Numbered from the stretch's first letter, positions 21,073 through 31,933 are shown. The stretch: DNA of 64,000 nucleotides from an uncultured Acidobacteriota bacterium (GCA_963810305.1 CAWEMY010000003.1:24528-88527); one strand, 5' to 3'. Translations and numbers: made by a program. The notes: a model not told the origin generated them from the sequence alone.

Positions 21073-24000
21073 ATGCAACACACGCCCACCCAGGCAGATC
21101 TTTCCCACGTCAGGCTGATTGAGTCCTCCGCGAGTGAAATGCGGCTGGCCGAGGCGCGCCGCTTCGTCCGCGAGCGTGCGCGAGAAGGGGACGTGCTGCT
21201 CGTTGCGGGATCGCGCGGCGCCGCCGACGATCTCGCGCGCTCGATCGCGCGTGAGAGCGGCGCAACGATCGGCCTGCATCGGTCGAGTCTGACCCAGCTC
21301 GCGGCACGGCTCGCCGCGCCGGTCCTGGCGGCGAACGGCCGCACGCCGGCGACTACTCTCGGGTCTGAGGCAATCGCCGCGCGCGCGGCCTTCGAAGCGC
21401 ACAAGACCCAGTCGCTGCAGTACTTCGATCCGGTCGCGCGAACGCCCGGTTTCCCGAGGGCGCTCGCCCGTACGCTTCAGGAACTCCGTCTTGCCGACGT
21501 TCGTGCCGGACGCCTGGCGACGCTTCCGCTTGGCGGTTCTGACCTCTCCGTTCTTCTCGCGAAGTTCGAAGAACAGTTTGGCGCCGCATCGTCCACCGAC
21601 CGCGCCGCGCTGCTCCAGCGTGCGACGGAGGTTCTGCAATCGCGGGGTTCGGATCCCCTCGCGCCGGCGCTGCTCCTCCTCGACGTGCCGCTCGACTCAC
21701 ATGTGGAGTTCGAGTTTGCCGGCGCCCTGATGCGCAGCTGTCCTCACGTTTTGATCACGTTTCCCTTCGGAGATATCAAGGCGCAGGAACGGCTCGCGCG
21801 ACAAGGCGTCGAGCCGGAAGTCCTGGTCCAGGAAGGTGATTCGGATCTTGTCGCGTTACGGCGGTTCATGTTCGCGAAGTCCACGCTGAGGGAGCGCGAC
21901 GCCGTCGGGGATGTCAGGTTCTTTTCCGCCCCCGGCGAGGGGCGTGAGTGCGTCGAGATCGCGCGGCGTATCCTCGACGAAGTACGTGCCGGTGTGCGCT
22001 TCGATGAGATCGCAGTCTTCGTGCGGTCACCCGAGCGCTACGGAGGTCTGCTCGAGCACGCGTTCCGGCGAGTCCGTTCAGCCGAGCGTACCGGGTCCTC
22101 AGATCCACGGGACGCAGGCGCCGCCGGCATCCCCGCATGGTTCGAACGCGGAACTCGCCGCCCACACCCGGCAGGGCGCGCATTTCTCGCCATCCTTGCC
22201 TGCGCGTGCGAAAAATTGTCCGCCCGGCGATTCGCGGAATACCTCTCCCTCGCGCAGGTGCCACAACTCGATGGCTCCCCGCGCGAGTTCCTGTTCACCG
22301 TTCCGGACGACGAGGTCCTGGAGGCTTTTCGGCCCCCAGCCGAAAGCACGTCGCACGTTCGCACGTCGCACGTCAGCACTTCGCACGTTGCCCCGTCGCA
22401 CGTGGCTGCGGTGGTCGACGGGTCCCTGCGCGCTCCCTGGAAGTGGGAAGCGCTCATCGTCGAATCCTCCGTGATCGGCGGCGACCCGAATCGCTGGCGC
22501 CGGCGGCTCGATGGTCTGGACAGCGAATACCTGGTCAAGATCCAGCGCGAAGCGAAAGACGATCCTGAGAGCTCGCGCCTCGCGCGCCTCGAACGCGACC
22601 GGGACGATCTGCGGCATCTCCGCGCGTTCGCGCTGCCGATCATCGAAGAGATCGCCTCGTGGCCCGCCGACGCGACGTGGGGGGAGTGGCTGGACCGGTT
22701 CGAGGCGCTCGCGCCGCGGATCCTGCGTCATCCCGAACGCGTCCTCCAGGTGATTGCGGCGCTTCGGCCGATGAGCGGCATCGGGCCGGTCACGCTCGAT
22801 GAAGCGCGGGACGTCATTTCCGACCGGCTGCTGCTGCTCGAGCAGGAGCCGCCGAAGTCGCGCTACGGACGCGTGTTCGTCGCCGGGCCTCACCAGGCGC
22901 GCGGCCGGACGTTCCGCGTCGTCTTCGTGCCCGGTCTCGCGGAGCGGATGTTTCCGCAGAAGCCGCACGAGGACCCGATGATGCTCGACGACGAAATGCG
23001 CAAGCCGCTCGGCGCCGATCTGGTCGATCAGGAGGATCGTGGCCAGGCCGAGCGTCTACTGCTGCGGCTGGCCGTGGGCGCCGCCACGGAGCGGCTCTGG
23101 CTGTCGTATCCGAGGATCGAGATTGCCGAGTCGCGGCCCCGGGTGCCGTCGTTCTATGCGCTCGACATCGTCCGCGCGATCACCGGGCGCATACCCGAAC
23201 CATGAGGATCTTCAGGACCGTGCCGCGGCAGAAGGAGGAGCGAGCCTCGCGTGGCCATCGCCTGAGAGGGCGGAGGTCGCAATCGACGATCTCGAACATG
23301 ACCTCGCCGTGTTGCGCGGGCTGCTGCAGGCAGACGGCGCCAGGGTCCGCGGTCAGGCGCACTACCTGCTGCGGCTCAACGACTGCCTGAAGCGTTCGGT
23401 GACCGCGCGCTGGGGGCGCGCGAGATCGCAGTGGACGCCATTCGACGGCGTCACGCGCGTGACCAGCCTGACCAGGGCGATGCTCGACTCGCAGCGTCTC
23501 GGCGTCCGGCCGTATTCGCTGTCGGCGCTCCAGAAGTTTTCGTCCTGCCCGTACCAGTTTCTCCTTTCGGCGATTTACCGTCTCGAACGCACCGAGGAGC
23601 CGGAACCGCTTCAGAAGCTTGATCCGCTCACGCGCGGCGCGCTGTTTCACGACGCGCAGGCCGAGTTTTTTCGCGCGCTGAAGCGCGACGGACTTCTGCC
23701 GGTCACCGCGACCAATCTGACGGTCGCGCTGGACGCGATGGACCGGGTGATGACGGATGTGGCGGCGCGATATCACGAGAAGCTGGCGCCGGCGATCGAA
23801 CGCGTCTGGCGCGACGAGGTCGCCGACATCACGAGGGACCTGCGCGTGTGGGTACGGCGGCTGCCGGAAGCCACAGACTGGCTGCCGATGTACTTCGAAT
23901 ACAGCTTCGGGTTGAGCGATGAGGGACGCGATCCGAACAGCCGGCAGGATCCGGTGGTCGTCGATGGCCGCTTCAAGCTGCGCGGCTCGATCGATCTGGT

Positions 24001-24427
24001 CGAGCAGAAGCTCCAGCCCCACGCCAGCATCTACCGCGTCACCGATCACAAGACCGGCAAGAACCGGACGACCTGGAAGACCGTGATTGGCGGCGGAGCG
24101 ATTCTTCAGCCAGTGCTCTACAGCCTCGCGGCGGAGCAGGCGCTCGACGCGCCCGTGACCTCGGGGCGGTTGTTCTACTGCACTGCGCCGGGCGGATTCA
24201 CCGATCACGAGATACCCATCAACGATGCGAACCGAAGGTCCGCGCTCGAGGCGCTGGAGATCATCGATCGGGCGATCGAGCTCGGGTTCTTACCCGCCGC
24301 ACCCGCATCACGCGCGTGCGCCTGGTGCGACTTCCGGCCGGTCTGCGGCCCGCACGAGGAACAACGCGTCGCCATCAAACCGGCGGACAAGCTGGGTGAT
24401 CTCGACGCATTGAGGGAGATGCCGTGA
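21073..24427 (+). CDS. addB: AddB-type helicase-nuclease subunit (PD-(D/E)XK nuclease with Fe-S cysteines), one frame break near 23190
   Basis: ORFs 21073..23205 and 23039..24427 join at '...YALDIVRAITG' then 'PNHEDLQDRAAAEG...'. The C-terminal nuclease has 'FSSCPYQFLL', 'RGSIDLVEQ...YRVTDHKTGK' and 'CAWCDFRPVC' (C-x2-C-x5-C, AddB-like iron staple). It sits immediately upstream of an AddA-type gene. Confidence 0.8.
22346..22403. repeat. GCACGT(C/T)-type 6-8-nt tandem repeats embedded in frame in addB
   Basis: 'gcacgtcgcacgttcgcacgtcgcacgtcagcacttcgcacgttgccccgtcgcacgtg' translates as 'STSHVRTSHVSTSHVAPSHV'. The same repeat family forms the intergenic array at 28379-28455. Confidence 0.8.
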
Positions 24428-24439
24428 TCCGAAGAAGCT

Positions 24440-24524
24440 CACCACAGAGACAGACCACAGAGACACAGATTTCACTGGCTCTTTTGCTAAGAAAGAGTCT
24501 CTGTGTTCTCTGTGTCTCTGTGGT
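24440..24524. repeat. CACAGAG-type inverted-repeat hairpin element in the addB-addA spacer
   Basis: 'caccacagagacagaccacagagacacaga' (24440-24469) faces 'gtctctgtgttctctgtgtctctgtggt' (24497-24524). Same family as 4651-4731. Confidence 0.8.
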
Positions 24525-24542
24525 TTTCCCCCGCAGCGTTCG

Positions 24543-27500
24543 ATGAAGGTGCAAGCTCGCCGACCAGGACGCCCGGGACGCCATCTCGAACGCGCTCGAC
24601 GAAACCGTCGTTGTCGAAGCAGCGGCAGGGACCGGAAAGACAACCGAGCTCGTCAAACGCATCCTCAGGATTCTTTCCACCGGCCGTGCCGAGGTCCGCG
24701 ACATTGTCGCGGTGACCTTCACCGAGAAGGCCGCGGGCGAGCTGAAGCTCCGCTTGCGCGAGGCACTGGAACGCGAGCGGACCGGTGCCGCGGGCGAGGT
24801 GAAGCAGCGGCTCGACGATGCCCTCGCGCGACTCGAAGAAGCGCACGTCAGCACGATCCACGGATTCTGTGCGGAACTGCTTCGAGAGCGTCCGGTAGAA
24901 GCGCACATCGATCCGCTGTTCACCGTTCTCACCGAAGGGCAGGCGGAACGTCTGTTCGACGAGGCGTTCGCCGGTTGGATTCAGGCGCAGCTCGCGCATC
25001 CCCCCGAAGGGATCCGGCGTGCGCTTCGACGGTCCGTGTGGTCCGGGTACAACCGGACGTCGCGCGAAGATGGACCGATCGACCGCGTTCGGCGCGCCGC
25101 CTGGGAGCTGGCGCAATGGCGCGATTTCGGGGCCCCCTGGACGCGCGGAGCCTTCGACCGCGACGGTGACATCGACCGGGTGATCGCCGAGCTGCACACC
25201 TTTGCCGCTCTCACGATGAAGCCGTCCTACGCGAAGGACTACCTGTTTCTCGACACCGCTGCCGCACGGCATCTGAGTCAGGAGATCGCTCTTCATCAGT
25301 CCTTCGGTCACACGGATTACGACGGGTGGGAGGCACGGCTCGTCGACCTTTCGCGGGATCGAAACTTCGCCAAGGCGCGGCATGGCCGTGGCCCCGGTTA
25401 CGGCGCGGGCGTGGCCCGCGACGCCGTACTCACGGCTCTCGAGAGTCTTCGCAGCCATCTCGATCAGTTCCGGATGGCGGCGGACGCCGATCTTGCGGCG
25501 GCTCTTCAGCAGGAGCTCCGCACCGCGATCGAGCGTTATGAGGAGCTCAAGCAGCGCGCCGGCGCTCTCGACTTTCTCGACCTGCTGCTCAAGGCACGCG
25601 ATCTGGTGCGCAGGGATGCCACCGTTCGGCAGGGGTTTCAACGGCGCTTCACTCACATTTTCGTGGACGAGTTCCAGGACACCGATCCGCTGCAGGCGGA
25701 GATTCTGCTGCTCCTGGCCTCCGCCGATCCTGCCGCCACCGACTGGCGCACCGTCGCGCCCGCGCCTGGACGCCTGTTCATCGTCGGCGATCCCAAACAG
25801 TCGATCTACCGCTTCCGGCGCGCGGATGTCGGGATCTACCGTGAAGTCTGCGAGCGCCTGGAAAAGGCCGGCGCGCGGATCGTGAAGTTGACGACCAGCT
25901 TCCGCAGCGTCCCGGAGATCCAGGCCTGCGTGAATGCGGCTTTCGCTCCAGTCATGACCGGCGACACGTTCACGCTGCAGGCGTCGTACGTGCCGCTGGC
26001 TCCGTTTCGCCCGAGCCTCGGAAAGCAGCCTGCCGTCGTCGCGCTGCCGGTGCCGAAACCATACGGCATGCGCAATATCTCGGCCGTTGCGATCGAATCG
26101 TCGCTGCCGGATGCCGTCGGCGCCTACATCGACTGGCTCGTCACCAGCAGCAAGTGGAAAGTTACCGAGCGGACAGGCGACCAGCCGGTTCCGTTGCAGG
26201 CACGACACATCTGCATCCTTTTCCGCCGCTTCATGTCGTTTGGCGACGACGTCACGATGCCGTACGCGCATGCGCTCGAAGCGCGCGGCGTCAAGCACGT
26301 GCTGGTCGGCGGCAAGACGTTTCACGACCGTGAAGAGGTCGAGTCCATCCGCGCCGCGCTCGCCGCGATCGAGTGGCCGGACGATGAGCTGTCGGTGTTT
26401 GCAACGCTGCGGGGATCGCTGTTCGCGATCGGCGATGAAGAGCTGCTCGACTGGCGGCAGCGTTACAACAAGTTCCTCCCGACCTTTGTGCCGCCCGAGG
26501 CACGGGAAGATCCGTCGGTCCGCCCGATCGTCGACGCCCTTTTGACACTGAAGACGCTGCATCGCGAACGCAATCGCATCCCGGTCGCCGATACGATCCA
26601 CAAGCTGTTGAATGTGACGCGCGCACATGTCGCACTCGTGCTGCGTCCGGCCGGGGAACAGGCGCTCGCCAACGTCCTTCACGTCGCGGAGCTGGCACGG
26701 CAGTACGAGGCAAACGGCGGCATCTCCTTCCGCGGATTCGTCGACGAGCTGCGGATCGCCGCTGAAACGGCGCAGGCCGCGGAAGCTCCTATCCTGGAGG
26801 AGGGCAGCGACGGCGTGCGGATGATGACCGTCCACAAGGCCAAGGGGCTGGAGTTTCCGGTCGTGATTCTGGCCGACCTGACCTGCCGCTTGTCGAGGAC
26901 CGACGCCGGTCGCTGGATCGACGGCGCGAACAACCTGTGCGCGCTCAAGATTGGCGGCTGGGCGCCTGTCGATCTGCTGCTCCACGATGCCGAGGAGGCG
27001 TCGCGCGACAAGGCGGAGTCGGAGCGCCTGACCTACGTCGCCGCCACCCGCGCCCGCGATCTGCTGGTGGTGCCGACCATCGGTGATGGTCCATACGAAG
27101 GGGGATGGCTCGATCCCCTGACGCCCGCCATCTATCCGCCCGAGGCGCAGCGCCGCAGTCCACAGCACGCGGAGGGGTGCCCGCCGTTCCGCTCGAAAGA
27201 CTCCGTGTTGAATCGTCCCGACATGGATCCTGCCCGCGCGACGACCGTCGCGCCGGGCCGGTTCGAGTTTGCCGGTCATCCCGCATCCCGCATCCCGCAT
27301 CCCGTCAACTATTCAGTTACCTGGTGGGATCCGTCTCTCCTGCATTTGAACGCCGCTTCATCGTTCGGGCTGCGCCGCGACGATCTGATCGTGAAGGACG
27401 GCGACATGTTCGCGGTCGAGGAGCGACTGGCCGAGTACGAGCGCTGGCGCGCGGAGCGCGAGCAACTGGTCGAGCAGGGAAGCGTCCCGAGCCTGCGCGT

Positions 27501-28041
27501 CCAGACCGCAACCTCCTGGGCGGCGGAAGCTGCCGCACTCGGGATCGACGATGCGATTGCATCGGCGTCAGGGATCGAGGTCGTGCACATCGCCGGCGCC
27601 GAAGGACGTCCACGCGGCGCCCGCTTCGGGACGCTGGTGCACGCGATACTGGCGATCGTGCCGCTCGATGCGAGCGAGGAGATCATCCGCCGAACCGCCG
27701 AAGTTCAGGCGCGGATCATCAACAGTCCAATTGAGGAAGTGATCGCTGCGACCCATGCGGTGCGAACGGTGCTGCAGCACGAGCTGATGGCACGCGCGAG
27801 GTCCTCGTCGCGCGTCCGCCGCGAGACGCCGATCACCTGGACGCAGAACGATGGTACGTTGATCGAGGGGGTGCTGGACCTGGCGTTCGACGAGCAGGAT
27901 CTGACCACCGTCGTCGACTTCAAGACCGATCACGAGCTGTCGGCGGGTGAGGCGCGGTACCGCGCCCAGCTTCAGAAGTATATTGACGCTGTCGCGGCCG
28001 CAACCGATCGGCGCGTCGCCGGCGTTCTGTTCAAGGTGTAA
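24543..28041 (+). CDS. addA: AddA-type UvrD/Rep-family helicase with C-terminal RecB-like nuclease; start region out of frame
   Basis: The helicase frame is open from 24547 and reads 'LADQDARDAISNALDETVVVEAAAGTGKTTELV' (Walker A). It continues with 'IVAVTFTEKAAGELKLRL', 'IFVDEFQDTDPLQ', 'LFIVGDPKQSIYRFRRAD', 'MTVHKAKGLEFPVV' and 'YVAATRARDLLVV'. The C-terminal nuclease is 'VLDLAFDE...VVDFKTD'. That frame has no ATG/GTG/TTG before 24712. The only nearby ATG (24543) is offset by 1 nt. Confidence 0.85.
27276..27303. repeat. CATCCCG x4 perfect heptanucleotide repeat inside addA
   Basis: Read directly; translated 'HPASRIPHP'. This is the reverse complement of the GGGATGC-type units at 12815-12845 and matches units at 50982-50995. 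Confidence 0.9.
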
Positions 28042-28048
28042 TGGTGCG

Positions 28049-28378
28049 ATGAATCAGAGAGTGCCCGAGATGACGGTCGAAGAGCTGAAGGCGCGGCTCG
28101 ACCGCGGCGAGGCTGTGAACATCCTCGACGTCCGCGAGCCGAACGAGGTCCAGATCTGCCGGATCGAGGGCTCCACACTCATTCCGCTCGCGCAGCTGCC
28201 GTCGCGCGCTTCAGAGCTCGATCCCGACCAGGAGCTCATCGTCCACTGCAAGATGGGCGGACGCAGCGCGCAAGCCGTCGCGTTCCTCCGCCAGCGAGGT
28301 TTCAGCAAGGCCTACAACCTCGCCGGCGGCATTCTCGCGTGGATCGACCGCGTCGACCCATCCCAGTCGAAGTACTGA
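28049..28378 (+). CDS. Single-domain rhodanese-like sulfurtransferase
   Basis: 'ILDVREPNEVQICRIEGSTLIPL...LIVHCKMGGRSAQAVAFLRQRGF...NLAGGILAW' contains the active-site loop CKMGGRS. I set the start to ATG at 28049. Confidence 0.9.
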   Translation: MNQRVPEMTVEELKARLDRGEAVNILDVREPNEVQICRIEGSTLIPLAQLPSRASELDPDQELIVHCKMGGRSAQAVAFLRQRGFSKAYNLAGGILAWIDRVDPSQSKY

Positions 28379-28455
28379 CGCACGTCCGCACGTGCACGTC
28401 CGCACGTCCGCACGTGGCAGCACGTCGCACGTCGCACGTCGGCACGTGCACGTGT
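28379..28455. repeat. GCACGTC(C)-type 6-8-nt tandem repeat array between convergent genes
   Basis: About 11 units are read directly. Several create CACGTG palindromes. Confidence 0.85.
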
Positions 28456-28457
28456 CT

Positions 28458-28956
28458 CTATTTCTTGCGAGGATCGTCTTTGGGGTCGGCGTAGGTAATC
28501 CCGAACGGGCCCATCGCGGTCAGCTGGAGAACGGTTTCCCCCTTCATCCGGACGTAGTGGTTCTGCTTGGCCGGCATGAGGGCGTGTCCGCCGGTGTCCA
28601 GTGGCCCGCATCGCCGCGTCATCCCATTTCTGCCCCATCCCAACCATCAATGCGCCGGAAAGCACGGTCACGTGTTCGTCGGCCGGATGCCAGTGAGGCA
28701 TGATCTGCGTCCCGTCAGGCGCCTTGAGGCGGACGGTGAACAGGCCTGGCTTCGTTGGGTCTCCATCCAGCACCGTCGCCTGCACCGCCGCGGGCAATCC
28801 CGGAGGAGCCGGACCCCACTTGAGGTCGGCCGCGTTGATCATCTTGTGCGCGGGTGCTGCGTGCTGCTTCTCCGCCCCGACGCCCGGCGCGGTGAGTGCC
28901 GCAAGTGCGGTGGCTGCTGAAAGTGAGATAAGAGTCCTTCTTAGTCGTTGCATCAA
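28458..28956 (-). CDS. Secreted cupin-domain protein, one frame break near 28605
   Basis: The signal is 'MMQRLRRTLISLSAATALAALTAPG'. The sequence continues 'GLFTVRLKAPDGTQIMPHWHPADEHVTVLSGALMVGMG'. It then resumes in ORF 28458..28643 as 'PLDTGGHALMPAKQNHYVRMKGETVLQLTAMGPFGITY'. One extra G in a G3 run explains the break. Confidence 0.75.
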
Positions 28957-29077
28957 GCCTCCTGTTTATTGGCGGCGATTATTCCTCACCACCTCGTATC
29001 GGGCAAACTCGGCCCCAGCTTAGGTGTCCGACGCCGGGCAGTTTTCTGCCGAGCGCAGGCTGGCACACAATGACGCC

Positions 29078-31933
29078 ATGCGCCTTCGCCACATTACGCC
29101 GCTGCTGATCGCCGCCGGACTCATTCTGCATTCGGAGCTGCCGCGGGCGCAGCAACCGCCACCGAAACCGCCGGCGCAACCGCAGAAGCCCGACCCGGCC
29201 ACGTCCCCGGGAGAGAAGACTCCCGCGCCGCCGGATGCCCAGCCGAAGCCGCAAGTGCCCTCGCCGGTCACCCCCCCGGCGGGAGGAGCACCGCCGAGGA
29301 TGGCGAACGCATATGCGTCGACTTATCAGGCGTTGGCGTCTCGAACGACGGTGATCAGGAACGCGACCATCCTCACCGCGGCAGGTCCGCTGATCGAACG
29401 TGGATCGATCCTGCTCCAGAACGGCAAGGTTGCCGCCGTCGGCCAGAGCGTGAATGCTCCCGCGGACGCGGTGGTCATCGATGCCGCCGGCAAATGGATC
29501 ACGCCCGGCATCATCGACACCCATTCGCATCTCGGCGTCTACTCGGCGCCCGGCATCGAATCGTTGCAGGACGGCAACGAGATGACGAGTCCGGTGACCG
29601 CGGAAGTGTGGGCCGACCATTCGATCTGGCCGCAGGATCCTCAATTCGAGCTCGCGCTTGCCGGCGGCGTGACGTCGATGCAGATCCTGCCAGGATCCGG
29701 GAATCTCATCGGCGGCCGCGGGGTCACGGTGAAGAACGTGCCGTCGCGCACGGCGGAGGGGATGAAGTTTCCCGGCGCGCCGGCGGGGCTGAAGATGGCG
29801 TGCGGCGAAAATCCGCGGCGTGTCTACGGGCAGCGCAACCAGGCGCCGTCGACGCGAATGGGGAACATCGCCGTGTTCCGCCGCACCTGGCAGTCCGCCG
29901 CTGACTACCGCGACAAGTGGAAGAAGTGGCGCGACGAGGGATCCGACGTGGCCAAGCGTCCGGAGCGCAATCTGCAGATGGAGACGCTCGCCGGCGTCCT
30001 CGATGGTGACATCCTCGTCCACAACCATTGTTACCGGGCAGACGAGATGGCGACCATGATCCAGATGTCGAAGGAGTTCGGCTTCCGGATCGCCTCCTTT
30101 CATCATGCGGTCGAGGCCTACAAAGTCCGCGATCTCCTGGCGCAGAACAACATCTGCGCGAGCATCTGGGCCGACTGGTGGGGGTTCAAGCTCGAGGCGT
30201 ACGACGGCATCAAGGAGAACATGGCGCTCGTGCACGACGCGAAGGGCTGTGTCGTCGTCCACTCGGATGATCCCAACGGGATCCAGCGGCTCAATCAGGA
30301 GGCCGCCAAGGGAATGCGCGCCGCCTGGGAAGCGGGCATGACGCTCGATCGTGCCGACGTCGTCCGCTGGCTGACGATCAACCCGGCACGCGCGCTCGGG
30401 ATCGACAAGGTGACCGGTTCGCTCGAACCGGGGAAGAACGCCGACGTCGTGATCTGGTCCGGCGATCCGTTCAGCGTTTACGCAAAAGCCGAGCGGGTCT
30501 TCATCGACGGCGCGCTGATGTACGACCGTTCGGACCCCGCCCGCCAACCCCGCCGCGACTTCATGGTCGGAACGAGGCCTGACCCCAATTTCGTCCCCTT
30601 TTCCAAGCCCGGCGCGACCGCGGCACGTCCGAACGAGCCGATCGCCGCAAAAAAGCCCAACATCTTGGGGTCCGCGCCTGGGGCGAGCGGATTGGGGTCA
30701 GGCCCCGTTTCGGGGCCTGACCCCGTTTCGCGCGTTTCGGGGCCGGTTATCGCGATCACGAACGGGCGGATTCTGACGGGGACGGGCACCGCCATCGAGC
30801 GCGGGACGGTGGTGATCTCCGGCGGGAAGATCGCGGCGGTCGGGGCGAACGTGCCGGTGCCGGCGGGTGCGACGGTCATCGATGCGGCGAACAAGATCAT
30901 CACGCCGGGATGGATCGAGTCCGCTACGAACATCGGGATCGTCGAGATCGGCCTTTCCGCCGAAGGAACGGCGGATCAGAACACCACGGACAAGGAATTG
31001 AGCGCCGCCTTCAACGTCGTGGACGCCTTCAACCCGCTGTCGACGGTGATCCCGGTCACTCGCGTCGAAGGCATCACCCGTGCCCTGGTGGCGCCAGGCG
31101 GGACCGGGAACGTCATCCTCGGTCAGGCCGCAGTGTTCGACCTGGGAGGCGAGCAGGTACCGGCCAGCATTACCAGGGCACCGGCGGCAATGTTCGCAGT
31201 CCTCGGCGAAGCAGGCGCTGGACTGGCCGGCGGTTCACGCGCGTCGGCAATCCTGCGCCTGCGCGAGACGCTGCAGGACGCCATCGACTTCCATCTCAAT
31301 CGCGCCGCCTGGAACGCGGCGCGGCGCCGCGACTACGCGCGCGGACGGCTGGATCTCGAGGCCCTCGGTCCGGTGATCCGCCGCGAGATCCCGCTCGCGA
31401 TCCAGGCGCATCGCGCGAGTGACATGCTCGCGGCGATCCGTCTCGCCGAAGAGTTCAAGCTCAAAGTCGTCCTGCTCGGCGCCTCGGAAGGATGGATGAT
31501 CGCCGGCGAACTCGCACGGAAGAACATCCCGGTCGTGGTCAAGCCGCTCACCAACATCCCGTCCTTCGAAGCGCTTTCGGCGTCGCTCGAAAACGCCGCG
31601 CGGCTGCAACAGGCCGGCGTCACCCTGGTCCTGTCGTCCTTCGATACCCACAACGCCCGCAACCTCCGGCAGGAAGCAGGCAATGCTGTCTCCTACGGTC
31701 TGGATCGCGCTGCTGCACTGCGCGCGGTCACCCTCACACCGGCAACCGTCTGGGGGATCGCCGATCGCACCGGCTCGCTCGAGATCGGCAAGGACGCCGA
31801 CCTCGTGGTCTGGTCAGGAGATCCTTTCGAGTTGACGACAGCCGCCGAACGGGTTTTCATCCGGGGGAGGGAGATCCCGAAGGACACCCGGCAGAAGGCC
31901 CTGTTCGAAAGATATCGAACGATCCCCCGCTAA
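29078..31933 (+). CDS. Tandem amidohydrolase-family protein (two amidohydrolase-like modules in one ORF)
   Basis: Module 1 has 'ITPGIIDTHSHLGVY' (HxH metal site). Module 2 has the equivalent 'ITPGWIESATNIGIV' without the histidines. The signal-like N-terminus is 'MRLRHITPLLIAAGLILHS'. A linker of about 50 aa is encoded by palindromic repeats. Confidence 0.8.
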   Translation: MRLRHITPLLIAAGLILHSELPRAQQPPPKPPAQPQKPDPATSPGEKTPAPPDAQPKPQVPSPVTPPAGGAPPRMANAYASTYQALASRTTVIRNATILTAAGPLIERGSILLQNGKVAAVGQSVNAPADAVVIDAAGKWITPGIIDTHSHLGVYSAPGIESLQDGNEMTSPVTAEVWADHSIWPQDPQFELALAGGVTSMQILPGSGNLIGGRGVTVKNVPSRTAEGMKFPGAPAGLKMACGENPRRVYGQRNQAPSTRMGNIAVFRRTWQSAADYRDKWKKWRDEGSDVAKRPERNLQMETLAGVLDGDILVHNHCYRADEMATMIQMSKEFGFRIASFHHAVEAYKVRDLLAQNNICASIWADWWGFKLEAYDGIKENMALVHDAKGCVVVHSDDPNGIQRLNQEAAKGMRAAWEAGMTLDRADVVRWLTINPARALGIDKVTGSLEPGKNADVVIWSGDPFSVYAKAERVFIDGALMYDRSDPARQPRRDFMVGTRPDPNFVPFSKPGATAARPNEPIAAKKPNILGSAPGASGLGSGPVSGPDPVSRVSGPVIAITNGRILTGTGTAIERGTVVISGGKIAAVGANVPVPAGATVIDAANKIITPGWIESATNIGIVEIGLSAEGTADQNTTDKELSAAFNVVDAFNPLSTVIPVTRVEGITRALVAPGGTGNVILGQAAVFDLGGEQVPASITRAPAAMFAVLGEAGAGLAGGSRASAILRLRETLQDAIDFHLNRAAWNAARRRDYARGRLDLEALGPVIRREIPLAIQAHRASDMLAAIRLAEEFKLKVVLLGASEGWMIAGELARKNIPVVVKPLTNIPSFEALSASLENAARLQQAGVTLVLSSFDTHNARNLRQEAGNAVSYGLDRAAALRAVTLTPATVWGIADRTGSLEIGKDADLVVWSGDPFELTTAAERVFIRGREIPKDTRQKALFERYRTIPR
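30576..30724. repeat. GGCCTGACCCC repeats, including a perfect 14-bp-stem hairpin, inside the amidohydrolase linker
   Basis: GGCCTGACCCC occurs at 30576-30586 and 30714-30724. The hairpin is GGGGTCAGGCCCCG-TTT-CGGGGCCTGACCCC at 30694-30724. Confidence 0.8.

Noticed and set aside
24487-27300. 937-aa ORF on the minus strand
   Set aside because: It is antisense to the addA helicase, whose plus-strand frame carries all the UvrD motifs. The minus-strand product is R/G/A/P-rich with no recognisable motif. This is a typical high-GC shadow ORF.
21073-28041. Helicase + nuclease pair as a phage-defence system (Gabija/other UvrD-nuclease systems)
   Set aside because: The domain order fits housekeeping AddAB recombination repair. 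AddB has a C-terminal PD-(D/E)XK nuclease with a C-x2-C-x5-C iron-staple motif, and AddA has a UvrD core plus a RecB-like nuclease. The neighbours are not defence genes.
28979-30547. 522-aa minus-strand ORF
   Set aside because: It is antisense to the amidohydrolase gene with its clear HxH motif. The composition is Arg/Gly/Pro-rich.
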